From NCBI GenBank assembly GCA_017458975.1, contig JAFSZK010000057.1, forward strand, positions 11,978 to 75,977: a DNA stretch of 64,000 bases, in the 5' to 3' direction. Shown piece by piece: positions 28,430 to 38,609 of this stretch (its first letter is position 1; every line of letters starts with the position of its first letter). The notes under the pieces are model-generated. The model saw nothing but the letters and a program-made list of their open reading frames with translations. It was not told the DNA's origin and did no database searches. Position numbers and translations under genes: made by a program. The stretch comes from Eubacterium sp. Its GTDB lineage: Bacteria > Bacillota > Clostridia > Oscillospirales > Acutalibacteraceae.

Positions 28430-28867
28430 TTATAATTCAACCGTCATTTTAAGGAAATCCTCTTCGTTCTCTTCGGTAATCTCAAAGCCAAAGGATTTAT
28501 AAAGATTAACCGCAGTAATATTATCCTTATTAACCTCAAGAGTGATATAGGAATATCCCTTTTTCTTATAGAGAGTCAAAAGGAAGTTGAGCAACGCTGT
28601 TCCGATACCCTCGTTCCTGTCTTCTTTTTTTACTATAAGCTTTGAAAGAAATGCCTGTTGCTCGGGGAAGGCAATACCCTCCTTTTTAACAACAACGTCG
28701 CACTCACCGAGAAATTCGCCCTCATATTTATATACGTAAACTATGCGGGAGCCCTCTTTAATTTCCTCTTCCCAGATTTTAGTGTGCTCGCATTCTTCCA
28801 TATTCCAGATATTGTCGCATTTGAAATAGTCTTTAGTTTTCATCTTTTCTATTGTATACTCTTTCAT
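28430..28867 (-). CDS. GNAT family N-acetyltransferase
   Basis: Acetyl-CoA motif V....RNEGIGTALL and LEV..DN..A..LYKSFGF. Confidence 0.9.
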   Translation of the reverse strand: MKEYTIEKMKTKDYFKCDNIWNMEECEHTKIWEEEIKEGSRIVYVYKYEGEFLGECDVVVKKEGIAFPEQQAFLSKLIVKKEDRNEGIGTALLNFLLTLYKKKGYSYITLEVNKDNITAVNLYKSFGFEITEENEEDFLKMTVEL

Positions 28868-29080
28868 AACTGCCTCCTATATCTTGTGCTTAATGTATAT
28901 TTATACGGTTTTTGTTTTATTGTTAATTCGTCGTAAACTCCCTTTCTGTAAGCATATAGTAGCACATCTTATGTATGATGTCAATAGTTTTTTGCATTTT
29001 TATTCATAATTTTTGTAAGTTTATGCAATATTTATGCAAAAATAATAAGGAGGGTATGATAACCCTCCCCTGAACAATTA

Positions 29081-29620
29081 TTAATAATTAGCTTCGTGGA
29101 TTTCAAAGAAGCTCTGCGGGTGCGCGCAGGTCGGACAAATTTCAGGAGCCTTTGTTCCGATTACGATATGACCGCAGTTTCGGCATTCCCAAACCTTAAC
29201 CTCGCTCTTTTCAAATACCTGAGCTGTCTCAATATTCTTAAGAAGCGCGCGGTATCTTTCCTCGTGGTGCTTTTCGATTTCGGCAACAAGTCTGAACTTT
29301 TCGGCAAGCTCGGTAAAGCCCTCTTCCTCGGCGGTCTTTGCAAAGCCTTCGTACATATCCGTCCACTCATAATTTTCGCCGTCGGCTGCCTGAGCAAGAT
29401 TCTGAGGTGTGTCGCCGATTCCCTCAAGCTCCTTTAACCAGAGCTTCGCATGCTCCTTCTCGTTATCCGCAGTTTTAAGAAACAGCGCGGAAATCTGCTG
29501 ATAGCCCTCTTTTTTAGCTACCGAAGCAAAGTAAGTATACTTATTCCTTGCCTGGCTCTCGCCGGCAAAAGCCGCTTCAAGATTCTTCTTTGTTTGCGTT
29601 CCCTCATACTTATTAGCCAT
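29081..29620 (-). CDS. rbr: Rubrerythrin
   Basis: [14 protein letters not shown] di-iron motifs, C-terminal rubredoxin CRNCG...CPTC. Confidence 0.95.
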   Translation of the reverse strand: MANKYEGTQTKKNLEAAFAGESQARNKYTYFASVAKKEGYQQISALFLKTADNEKEHAKLWLKELEGIGDTPQNLAQAADGENYEWTDMYEGFAKTAEEEGFTELAEKFRLVAEIEKHHEERYRALLKNIETAQVFEKSEVKVWECRNCGHIVIGTKAPEICPTCAHPQSFFEIHEANY

Positions 29621-29775
29621 AATTAGCCCTCCTTAAATAAAATAGTACAATATCATTATACCCTCTTTTTATGTTAAATCAAAGCTTTTCTTTAATTTTT
29701 CTTTACCTTTTCGCAATAATAGTATATAATATATACGATAGGCGATTATCTAATAAAAATTAAGGAGGTTTTTTA

Positions 29776-31878
29776 ATGAAAAAATTATTATCAATTCTTT
29801 TATCATTGGTTTTGGTTATCGGATTATCTCCTCTTACGGCGTTTGCCGCAAACGGACCGAGTCCGGCTTATGAGGAGTATGAAGGCGGCGAAAGGGGCTA
29901 TTTTGCCTCAATCTATGCTATGGCTCCCGACAGTAACGGAAATTATTTCGGCGAGTGGTTTCAGCCTCTCGGACAGTCCTATCCGATATTCGCAAACAAT
30001 GCGGCTGACAACTCCGCGCTTGCGGGAGTTACCTATGACCGTGATAACAATCAGCTTACTCTCGACGGAACAAAAAGCATTCCGACGGTAAGATTAACCG
30101 CAAATTGTATGGGCGACGACTTTTCAATTAAGGTTATCGGTACCGTTCGCCTTGCGCAGATTGTAATATCCGGTTCAAGATACGGCGGCAATCTTAAAAT
30201 AGTCGGCGACGGCGAGCTTCTTGTTAACGAGAGCAAAAAATTCCCTTCGGCAATAGTTATGAACGCTTATGAGACCCCCGGTACTCTTACCTTCGGACAG
30301 AACGTTAAGGTCGGTCTCTGGGCAGAAAGCGGTTACGTTGCCGAAACCGAGCAATCAACTAACGATTCGGCAGCTGCGGCATATGTTTTTGAAAACGGCG
30401 CAAGCTATTCCGTTAATAAATCAGATTACGGCTATGAAACTCCGCGTAAAGTAAACGGAATTTATCTTTCGGACCCCGATGAAAACAGATGGGGCGGTTA
30501 CCTCTGTACCTCAAAGGACGACCCGACGGGCTTTTATGTAACCGGCACGGAAGAGGATGGTAACGGCAAAACGCTTCACACTCTCGGAAGATACGTTTAC
30601 GTTCCGAAATATAACGCGTATGTAAGGGATTATTCCTTCGGCGACAGATATTCAAACGGCTATGAATACGTTTTTACAGAGGACGAATGGAACGCCCAGA
30701 CAACATATACCCCGAAAACAACCATATCCTCAGACCCGAACACCATTGATTACTATGACCCCGACGACCCGGAAGCAAATTATGTAACCGACCAGGTTCA
30801 AAGAGCTTCCGACCCCGACGGAATTTACGGATATAGTTCTTATACAAAATCCCAGAACAACGTAGTATACGAAAGAGGATACAACATTACCCGCTACGTT
30901 TATTCTTCACAGCACGGTAAATATGTTGAAGACACTACGTTTACTCCGATTGAGGTAACAGAAGACAATTTCTGCGAACCCGAATGGAGCATCGTATACG
31001 CCGAGGTACCTGTAAGCCTTGAATGGACGGGATCAGTGGTTCAGGGCGAATATGAAATTCTTACCGACGGAAAAGGCGGTTATTACTTTAGCGATTATCA
31101 AGGAAACTATTACACCTACGACACTAACGACGGCGTGGATATTTACGGCGATTTCTACGCTTACCTTAATAAAGCGGACGGCGTAAATGCTGACGCTATT
31201 GAAAATGTATATGATTATGTTAAGGTTGACGGACAATACAATTACCGAATTAATCTTACCGAATTTTTCTACAATATGGATTCGGGCGATGTTCATCAAC
31301 ACAACCTTACACAAATCAACGCAAAAGCGCCGACCTGCTCAAAGCCGGGAAATAAGCCGTACTATTTCTGTACCTCATGTCATAAGTATTTTTCCGATAA
31401 CGCAGGCACTGTTGAAACAACCGAAGCGGCTCAGAGCATACCCGCAACAAACAATCACGTTTCCGACAAGGGTACTCTCACAAAAGCGGCAACATATACC
31501 GCAACGGGCGTAAAGACCTATAAATGCGCTACCTGCGGAAAGGTTCTCAGAACCCAGACTATCCCGAAGCTTGCCAAAAAGGCAAATCCGATAGCAGCAA
31601 CGCCGCTTAAGCCTTCGGTAAAATTCAGCAAGCTCAAAAAGAAGAATCAGAGTGTCGCTATCTCCAAAGCGCTTAAAGTAACCGGCGCCAAGGGTAATTT
31701 AAGCTACGCAAAAGCAGGCGGCAACAAGAAGATTTCCGTTGCCAAAAGCGGAAAAATCACAATTAAAAAAGGTCTTAAAAAAGGCACATATAAGATTAAA
31801 ATTAAAGTTACCGCTTCGGGTAACGCAGCTTATAAGGCTGGATCAAAAACAGTAACCGTAGCAATTACAGTTAAATAA
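29776..31878 (+). CDS. Secreted modular surface protein with Tyr/Asp-rich internal repeats, Cys/His repeats and a Lys-rich C-terminal domain
   Basis: Signal peptide; YDRDNNQLTLDG beta-rich N-domain; two DPxGxY...RYVY...YVxD repeats; APTC..PG..YFC..C module; basic tail ending VAITVK. Confidence 0.75.
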   Translation: MKKLLSILLSLVLVIGLSPLTAFAANGPSPAYEEYEGGERGYFASIYAMAPDSNGNYFGEWFQPLGQSYPIFANNAADNSALAGVTYDRDNNQLTLDGTKSIPTVRLTANCMGDDFSIKVIGTVRLAQIVISGSRYGGNLKIVGDGELLVNESKKFPSAIVMNAYETPGTLTFGQNVKVGLWAESGYVAETEQSTNDSAAAAYVFENGASYSVNKSDYGYETPRKVNGIYLSDPDENRWGGYLCTSKDDPTGFYVTGTEEDGNGKTLHTLGRYVYVPKYNAYVRDYSFGDRYSNGYEYVFTEDEWNAQTTYTPKTTISSDPNTIDYYDPDDPEANYVTDQVQRASDPDGIYGYSSYTKSQNNVVYERGYNITRYVYSSQHGKYVEDTTFTPIEVTEDNFCEPEWSIVYAEVPVSLEWTGSVVQGEYEILTDGKGGYYFSDYQGNYYTYDTNDGVDIYGDFYAYLNKADGVNADAIENVYDYVKVDGQYNYRINLTEFFYNMDSGDVHQHNLTQINAKAPTCSKPGNKPYYFCTSCHKYFSDNAGTVETTEAAQSIPATNNHVSDKGTLTKAATYTATGVKTYKCATCGKVLRTQTIPKLAKKANPIAATPLKPSVKFSKLKKKNQSVAISKALKVTGAKGNLSYAKAGGNKKISVAKSGKITIKKGLKKGTYKIKIKVTASGNAAYKAGSKTVTVAITVK

Positions 31879-31882
31879 TTCA

Positions 31883-31915
31883 AAAGGCACGGAATAATCC
31901 GTGCCTTTCTTTTTT
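31883..31915 (+). terminator. Intrinsic terminator
   Basis: aaaggcacgga-ataa-tccgtgccttt hairpin followed by a T run. Confidence 0.75.
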
Positions 31916-31964
31916 ATGCATAAAATAAAGCACTTCCAAACGAAAGTGCTTTAATAAAATATAA

Positions 31965-32363
31965 TTATCTCTTTGAAAACTGAGGAGCACGACGAGCGCC
32001 TTTGAGACCGTACTTCTTTCTTTCCTTCATTCTCGGGTCACGAGTAAGGAAGCCTGCCTTCTTAAGAGCCGGGCGGAGAGCCTCGTCATACTGAAGAAGC
32101 GCTCTTGAAATACCGTGGCGGATTGCACCTGCCTGACCTGTTACGCCACCGCCATTAACGCGGCAAACGATGTCAAACTTTTCAGCTGTTTCTGTTAAAG
32201 CGAGAGGCTGACGAACGATGAGCTTGAGGGTTTCAAGTCCGAAATAATCGTCAATGTCTCTGTCGTTAATTGTAATTTTACCTGTGCCTGCGTATACACG
32301 AACGCGAGCTACAGATTCTTTTCTTCTGCCTGTTCCGTAGAAATAAGGATTTGATTCATACAT
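31965..32363 (-). CDS. rpsI: 30S ribosomal protein S9
   Basis: [39 protein letters not shown] and APQFSKR motifs; start MYESNP at 32363 behind AAGGAGGT. Confidence 0.99.
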   Translation of the reverse strand: MYESNPYFYGTGRRKESVARVRVYAGTGKITINDRDIDDYFGLETLKLIVRQPLALTETAEKFDIVCRVNGGGVTGQAGAIRHGISRALLQYDEALRPALKKAGFLTRDPRMKERKKYGLKGARRAPQFSKR

Positions 32364-32377
32364 ATTCACTTACCTCC

Positions 32378-32806
32378 TTAAAATTCCCAAGCTTCGGGCT
32401 TCTGAGCCTCGTGCTTGTGCTCTGCGTTCTTAAATACTCTGCATCTTGTGAGCTGCTTTCTTCCGAGTGTTGTATCGGGAATCATGCCCTTTACGGCAAG
32501 AGTCATAACAAAGTCGCTCTTTTCCTGCATAAGGGTCTTATACTTAACCGTCTTAAGGTTTCCGATATAACCCGAATGGTGTTGATAAAGCTTCTTTTCA
32601 AGCTTGTTGCCTGTAAGAACTACCTTATCGGTGTTGATAATAATAACAAAATCACCGCAATCTACGTTAGGTGTGAAAATCGGCTTGTTCTTTCCTCTGA
32701 GAAGAGTAGCAGCCTCGGTAGCAACTCGTCCGAGCGGCTTACCTGCAGCGTCGATTACATACCACTTGCGTTCGATTTCGTCAGCTTTTGGCATAAATGA
32801 TGACAT
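32378..32806 (-). CDS. rplM: 50S ribosomal protein L13
   Basis: WYVIDAAGKPLGR, RGKNKPIFTPNVDCGD and VKGMIP motifs; start MSSFMPK at 32806 behind GGAGG. Confidence 0.99.
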   Translation of the reverse strand: MSSFMPKADEIERKWYVIDAAGKPLGRVATEAATLLRGKNKPIFTPNVDCGDFVIIINTDKVVLTGNKLEKKLYQHHSGYIGNLKTVKYKTLMQEKSDFVMTLAVKGMIPDTTLGRKQLTRCRVFKNAEHKHEAQKPEAWEF

Positions 32807-32997
32807 AATCTTTTCCTCCGAAATTATTTTTAGTGCCTGATAATAATAACAAAATGAAGAAAAAAAGTCAACACTTAAATTAAAATAATTTATACTTGCT
32901 CTGTTTTTCTCGTTTTTTCTCATTTTTTCATATGGTTTTCTCTTTTATTATTTACGAAAAAATAACGGGCAGCCCGCGCTGCCCGCATAAAATCTGT

Positions 32998-34140
32998 TTA
33001 TTTTCCGTTCCATTTATAGAACTTATTTTTACTGTTTTTAAGCGACGCCGTCTGGTTTTTGTAAACCTTAAGCGCCTTGTTTTTACCCTTTCGGCAATAG
33101 AGCTTATTGCTCTTAATTACTACCTTTCCGAACTTTGAGGAGGTGTGGGAATAAACGAGGAGTGCCTCGCGTCCACCCTTTATTTTGTTTTTATAAACAG
33201 TAATCTTACCCTTTTTCAGACCCTTGGCTTTCGCAAAGTTAGCAATATGAAGACCTACCGTATACGAATCTCCGCCCGGAGCTTTACATATAATTGTATT
33301 TCCCTTAACCGTTGCGCTCTTTGTGTTAAAGAGAGCTACCGCCTCGCCCCTTTTGGAGTTAATCTTATTATTTTTTATTATAATGTTTTCGTGAAGCTTA
33401 TTAATATATTTCTTATTTTCTTTTTTGGTATAATTCGCAACAACGCCGCGGTTTCCCGAAATCGTATTTCCGATAATCGTTATATTTTTACAGGTTGCTC
33501 CGTTTTGAAGAGCTTTTGCGATACCCGTATTAAACGGCTCTCCCTCAAGAAAATATGCCGTTGTATGGGTTGCGATATCAAGCTGAACAGCCTCCTCGGT
33601 TTTAGAGGCGTCCGAGCCGAGCGCGGCAATATTACAATTCTTTATTAAAGCGTCCTTACAACCGATAAGCTCAATCGCGTGTCCCTTAGCGTTATTATGG
33701 CGGATGTTCATATTAATAAACTTAATATTTCTTCCGTGAATAAGCTTTATCGACGAGCCCTTATAGCCCGTTAAGTTATCATATCTCCATATTCCACCGT
33801 TAATTGTAAAGTTGTTTATTGCGTTATATCCTGCCGTTTCGGGAATATTAAAAAGAATCGGACCGCTGCAGATAATTGTTGCGCTCCCGGCATTAATCGT
33901 CATATTGCTTTCTACATGAAGCGCGCCGCTGAGATAATAGGTTTTTCCGTTGACAAGAGTAACGCTTCCCGTTTCGTCAAGCTCGCTTTGTATGGCATAT
34001 TTGTCGGTAGTGCAGCTTTCGTCGTTACAGGGATAAACAACCCCCGCAAACGCGCTTTTTGCGCCGAAAAGGATAAATCCAAGCGCAAAAAAACACAGTG
34101 CAAATACGAAAATATTTATGTTCTTTTTTACTAATTTCAT
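32998..34140 (-). CDS. Secreted right-handed parallel beta-helix (pectin lyase-like) protein with basic C-terminus
   Basis: Signal peptide; repeated I.I.N..I / HAIELIGCKDALIKNCNI / EEAVQLD pattern; Lys-rich final rungs. Confidence 0.75.
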   Translation of the reverse strand: MKLVKKNINIFVFALCFFALGFILFGAKSAFAGVVYPCNDESCTTDKYAIQSELDETGSVTLVNGKTYYLSGALHVESNMTINAGSATIICSGPILFNIPETAGYNAINNFTINGGIWRYDNLTGYKGSSIKLIHGRNIKFINMNIRHNNAKGHAIELIGCKDALIKNCNIAALGSDASKTEEAVQLDIATHTTAYFLEGEPFNTGIAKALQNGATCKNITIIGNTISGNRGVVANYTKKENKKYINKLHENIIIKNNKINSKRGEAVALFNTKSATVKGNTIICKAPGGDSYTVGLHIANFAKAKGLKKGKITVYKNKIKGGREALLVYSHTSSKFGKVVIKSNKLYCRKGKNKALKVYKNQTASLKNSKNKFYKWNGK

Positions 34141-34256
34141 TTTAATCACCTATTTTATTATACTACATTTATAGGACGTTTTCAACAACAAACGCCTATT
34201 GACTGAAAAGAAACGGTATGATACTATAATCATAATAAAATAAAGGCGGTTTTATT

Positions 34257-35186
34257 ATGGCTCTTTACAACTCGGTAGGCGATATAATCGGTAATACTCC
34301 CCTTGTTCGCCTTAATAATTTTGAAAAAGAATACGGACTTAATGCAAAGGTTTTTGCAAAGCTCGAATACTTTAATCCCGCAGGCTCTGTTAAGGACAGA
34401 ATAGGAAAAGCAATTATAGACGAAGCCGAAAGAACGGGAAAGCTTAAAAGCAATTCGGTAATAATTGAGCCCACCTCGGGCAATACGGGAATAGGAATTG
34501 CCTCATACGCGGCGGCTAAGGGCTATAAGGTTATTATTACCATGCCCGAATCAATGAGCGTTGAAAGGCGTAACCTTATGAAGGCTTACGGCGCAGAGCT
34601 CGTTTTAACCGACGCTTCAAAGGGTATGAAGGGCGCGATTGAAAAAGCCGAAGAGCTACACGAAAAAAATCCCGATTCAATTATAGCGGGTCAGTTTACA
34701 AATCCCGTTAATCCCGAAACCCATTACCTTACAACGGGTCCCGAAATATGGAAGGATTTAAACGGCGATATTGACGTTTTTGTTGCGGGAGTCGGAACGG
34801 GCGGCACCCTTTCGGGAGTCGGAAAATACCTTAAAGAGAAGAATTCCGATATTAAAATTGTTGCGCTTGAGCCCGAGGGCTCGCCCGTGCTTTCAAAGAG
34901 CTTATCGGGAGCGCATAAAATCCAGGGAATCGGCGCCGGCTTTGTTCCGGACACGCTTGATACCAAGGTATTCGACGAGGTTTTAACCGTACCCGACGAC
35001 GCGGCGTTTGAGTACGGAAAAAAATTCCCCGCCCTTGAGGGCGCGCTTGTAGGAATATCAAGCGGCGCGGCGCTTTGGGGCGCGGCAACGCTTGCAAAAA
35101 GAAGCGAAAACGAAGGAAAAACAATAGTCGTGCTTCTTCCGGATTCGGGTGACAGATATCTTTCAACCCCCATGCTTTCCGAATAA
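34257..35186 (+). CDS. cysK: Cysteine synthase A
   Basis: IGNTPLV, NPAGSVKDR (PLP Lys), EPTSGNTG, GVGTGGT and HKIQGIG motifs. Confidence 0.97.
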   Translation: MALYNSVGDIIGNTPLVRLNNFEKEYGLNAKVFAKLEYFNPAGSVKDRIGKAIIDEAERTGKLKSNSVIIEPTSGNTGIGIASYAAAKGYKVIITMPESMSVERRNLMKAYGAELVLTDASKGMKGAIEKAEELHEKNPDSIIAGQFTNPVNPETHYLTTGPEIWKDLNGDIDVFVAGVGTGGTLSGVGKYLKEKNSDIKIVALEPEGSPVLSKSLSGAHKIQGIGAGFVPDTLDTKVFDEVLTVPDDAAFEYGKKFPALEGALVGISSGAALWGAATLAKRSENEGKTIVVLLPDSGDRYLSTPMLSE

Positions 35187-35284
35187 ATAACAGACATCTT
35201 GCCATTAAGCAAGGTGTTATTATTTTTTAAAATATACAAATTATCAAAAGCGTATAAAAAATTATTAGATTATATATTGTAATA

Positions 35285-35313
35285 TTGACTATTATTAAAA
35301 TAAATGTTAAAAT
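35285..35313 (+). promoter_or_regulatory. Sigma-70-type promoter of the oxidoreductase-hypA operon
   Basis: TTGACT-N17-TAAAAT. Confidence 0.65.
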
Positions 35314-35325
35314 ATTAACGATTAG

Positions 35326-35343
35326 TATGCCCCCTGGGGGGAT
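35326..35343. promoter_or_regulatory. Putative CsoR/RcnR-family operator
   Basis: tatgCCCCCtGGGGGGat: C/G tracts flanked by AT-rich DNA, just downstream of the -10 box. Confidence 0.45.
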
Positions 35344-35381
35344 TTGAATAATCAGGAAAATATTATGATTGGAGAAGTATT

Positions 35382-38201
35382 ATGGCAGACAAAATGTTAG
35401 GCTATGCTCCCGAGTGGACCTATGATGATTCCATTCCGATTCGTGAGCCGATAATGAAGCTTGGCAAAATGATTACCGACAGAATTCCGATTGTTCTCGG
35501 CGTTCGCAAAATCACCAAGCAGGACCCCGAATACTGGGCAGTAGCAACGATTTGCCCCACCGATGAGATGGCTGAGATAGCACTGCGTATGAAAAAGCGC
35601 AATCCGCGTACTCTCGCCGATATGAAAAAGCTCACCGCTAATATGAATCTCAGCGACTCTATTGAGAATCTTCTTGAGCAAATGAGCGAAAACGGTCTTA
35701 TCGAGTGGAACTATGAAAACGAACAGCATGAAAAGCAGTGGGTGCTTCCTATGTTCGTGCCCGGTTCAGCCGAGTTCTCAAATATGAACAGCGAGATGCT
35801 CGAAAAGCATCCCGAGCTCGGTATGTTCTTTGAAAGAATGACCCGACTTCCTCTTGAAAAGGTAACTCCTATGGTGCCTCCCGGAGGCGGCGGAATAGGA
35901 ATGCACGTTATTCCCGTTGAAAAAGCTATTGAGATGGAAAACGAGGCAATAGGCCTTGAAAAGATTTCTCACTGGCTTGATAAATATGACGGAAAATATG
36001 CCGCTTCTCCCTGCTCCTGCCGTGCGTCAAGAAAGACCTACGGAGAAGGCTGTGCCGACGACCCTGAGGGTTGGTGCGTTGCAGTAGGCGATATGGCTGA
36101 CTATGTTGTTGAAACCAAGAAGGGCGGCCATTACATAACAAGAGAGCAGGCGCTTGAAATCTTTAAGCAGGGCGAGGAAAACGGCTTCGTTCACCAGATT
36201 ACAAATATCGACGGCGAAGACAAAATCTTTGCTATTTGTAACTGTAACGTAAATGTGTGCTATGCACTTCGTACGTCACAGCTCTTCAACACCCCGAATA
36301 TGTCGCGTTCGGCTTACGTTGCAAACGTTAAGAAAGAAAACTGCGTTGCCTGCGGACGCTGCGTTGAGCATTGCCCGGCAGGTGCGTTAAAGCTCGGCCA
36401 GAAGCTTTGCAAAAAGGACGGCAGCGAGGTTACTTATCCCAAGCAGGAATTACCCGATACAGTTAAATGGGGTCCCGAAAAATGGGAAGAGGAATACAGG
36501 GATAAGAACAGAATTAACTCCCACGAGTCGGGTACCGCTCCGTGTAAGACGGCGTGTCCCGCTCATATCGCTATCCAGGGTTATCTTAAGATGGCGGCTC
36601 AGGGAAGATATGAGGACGCTCTTGCTCTTATAAAGAAAGAAAATCCCTTCCCCGCAGTTTGCGGTCATATCTGTAACAAGCGCTGCGAAGAGGCTTGTAC
36701 AAGAGGTACGGTTGACGAGGCTATCGCAATTGACGACGTAAAGAAATTCCTCGCTCACCGCGATATGGATAATAAGACAAGACTCATCCCCAAGAAGGTT
36801 ATTCCGAAGATTACCGTTGACGGCGTATTTGACCGTGAGCCCGGCTTTACCGAAAAGGTTGCTATTATCGGCGCAGGTCCCGCAGGACTTTCATGTGCGT
36901 TCTTCCTTGCCGAAAAGGGCTATCTTAACGTAACGGTATTTGAAAAGAATAAGGAGCCCGGCGGAATGCTTCGTTACGGTATTCCTAACTACAAGCTCGA
37001 AAAAGAGGTTATTGACGCTGAGATTGATATCATCCGCGAAATGGGCGTTGAGATTAAATGCGGCGTTGAGATTGGTAAGGATATTACCCTTGACGAGCTT
37101 CGTGAGCAGGGCTATAAAGCATTTTATATGGCAATCGGCGCACAGGACGGAAGAAAAGCAGGCGTTGAAGGCGAGGACGCACAGGGCGTGCTCACCGCTG
37201 TTGAATTCCTCCACGAGGCTGCCGAAAAGGAAGCATACGATATCGGTAAAAACGTTGTTGTAGTCGGCGGCGGTAACGTTGCTATTGACGCAGCAAGAGT
37301 AAGCGCGCACTGCGGAGCTGAAAATGTTTCAATGTTCTGTCTTGAGAGCAGAGAGGAAATGCCTGCTGCCGAGGACGAGATTGAAGAGGCTATGGAAGAC
37401 GGCGCAACCATTAACTGCGGCTGGGGTCCGAAGGAAATCCTTAAGGACGATAACGGCAAGGTTAAGGCTATCGTGTTTAAAAAGTGCTTATCCGTATTTG
37501 ACGAGGAGCACCGTTTCTCGCCGAAGTATGACGAAAACGATACAAAGACCGTTGAGTGCGAAAACGTTATTCTTTCAATCGGTCAGGCTATTGAGTGGGG
37601 CGGACTTCTTGAGGGAAGCGCAGTTGAGCTTAACCGTAATATGACGGCTCAGGCTGACTCATTTACCTTCCAGACCGCTCAGCCCGATATCTTCGTAGGC
37701 GGCGACGCTCTTACCGGACCGCGCTTTGCTATTGACGCAATCGCAATGGGTAAGGAAGGCGCAATCTCGATTCACAGATTTGTTCAGCCCAATTCAACTC
37801 TTACAATCGGACGTAACCCGAGATACTACGTTGAGCTTGATAAGGATGACCTCACCCTTGAGGGCTACGATACGGCTCACCGCCAGGTACCCAAGGCAAC
37901 CAGGAAGGTTGACAAGATGGGCTTTAAGGACGATTATAAGATGCTTACCGAGGAGCAGGTTAAGATTGAAACAAACCGCTGTCTCGGATGCGGCGCAACA
38001 ATCGTTGACGCAAACCGTTGTATCGGATGCGGCGTATGTACAACCAAGTGTGAATTCGACGCAATCTATCTCAAGAGAGAAAGACCCGAATGCTCAACCA
38101 TGTACAGAGCCGAGGATAAGCTCAAGGCAATTCTTCCTTATACTGTCAAGAGAGAATTTGCAATTAAGAAAGCTAACCGTGCTGCTAAAAAAGGCAATTA
38201 A
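35382..38201 (+). CDS. Multidomain Fe-S/FAD/NAD(P) oxidoreductase (Cys-rich N-domain, ferredoxin motifs, GltD/NfnB-like flavoprotein)
   Basis: CSCR..C..C and ICNCNVNVC; CVACGRCVEHCP; PCKTACP..VCGHICNKRCEEAC; GAGPAG; GGGNVAID; CIGCGVCTTKC. Confidence 0.85.
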   Translation: MADKMLGYAPEWTYDDSIPIREPIMKLGKMITDRIPIVLGVRKITKQDPEYWAVATICPTDEMAEIALRMKKRNPRTLADMKKLTANMNLSDSIENLLEQMSENGLIEWNYENEQHEKQWVLPMFVPGSAEFSNMNSEMLEKHPELGMFFERMTRLPLEKVTPMVPPGGGGIGMHVIPVEKAIEMENEAIGLEKISHWLDKYDGKYAASPCSCRASRKTYGEGCADDPEGWCVAVGDMADYVVETKKGGHYITREQALEIFKQGEENGFVHQITNIDGEDKIFAICNCNVNVCYALRTSQLFNTPNMSRSAYVANVKKENCVACGRCVEHCPAGALKLGQKLCKKDGSEVTYPKQELPDTVKWGPEKWEEEYRDKNRINSHESGTAPCKTACPAHIAIQGYLKMAAQGRYEDALALIKKENPFPAVCGHICNKRCEEACTRGTVDEAIAIDDVKKFLAHRDMDNKTRLIPKKVIPKITVDGVFDREPGFTEKVAIIGAGPAGLSCAFFLAEKGYLNVTVFEKNKEPGGMLRYGIPNYKLEKEVIDAEIDIIREMGVEIKCGVEIGKDITLDELREQGYKAFYMAIGAQDGRKAGVEGEDAQGVLTAVEFLHEAAEKEAYDIGKNVVVVGGGNVAIDAARVSAHCGAENVSMFCLESREEMPAAEDEIEEAMEDGATINCGWGPKEILKDDNGKVKAIVFKKCLSVFDEEHRFSPKYDENDTKTVECENVILSIGQAIEWGGLLEGSAVELNRNMTAQADSFTFQTAQPDIFVGGDALTGPRFAIDAIAMGKEGAISIHRFVQPNSTLTIGRNPRYYVELDKDDLTLEGYDTAHRQVPKATRKVDKMGFKDDYKMLTEEQVKIETNRCLGCGATIVDANRCIGCGVCTTKCEFDAIYLKRERPECSTMYRAEDKLKAILPYTVKREFAIKKANRAAKKGN

Positions 38202-38203
38202 TA

Positions 38204-38548
38204 ATGCACGAGCTCGGAATAGTTTTTCATATTATTAAAACAATCGAAGAGGTGGCTGAGGAGCAAAGCCTTACAAAGGTGTCCTCCGTCACCCTTGAGG
38301 TTGGCGAGGTTTCAACCGTAATTATCGAATATCTCGAGGACTGCTGGGTATGGGCTTGCAAAAAAAGCGAGCTTATGAAGGACTCAAAGCTGAAGCACGA
38401 GATTGTTAAGGGCGTTACCTACTGCGAGAATTGCGGTAAAACCTATGAAACCGTTAAATACGCTAAAATCTGTCCTTACTGTAACTCGGAAAATACCTAT
38501 CTTATTCAGGGAAACGAGGTACAGATTAAGGAAATTGAAGCTCAGTAA
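38204..38548 (+). CDS. hypA: HypA/HybF-family nickel metallochaperone
   Basis: N-terminal MHE Ni-binding motif, two CxxC (CENC, CPYC), G.E..IKEIE end. Confidence 0.92.
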   Translation: MHELGIVFHIIKTIEEVAEEQSLTKVSSVTLEVGEVSTVIIEYLEDCWVWACKKSELMKDSKLKHEIVKGVTYCENCGKTYETVKYAKICPYCNSENTYLIQGNEVQIKEIEAQ

Positions 38549-38609
38549 AGTTCTTTCCGGCTCTTTTTAAGAACCGCAAATATATTTTTCTTACAGGAGG
38601 AAAAACATC

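Noticed and set aside
38204-38548. Calling a [NiFe]-hydrogenase locus from hypA
   Set aside because: No hydrogenase subunits or hypB-F are in the window.
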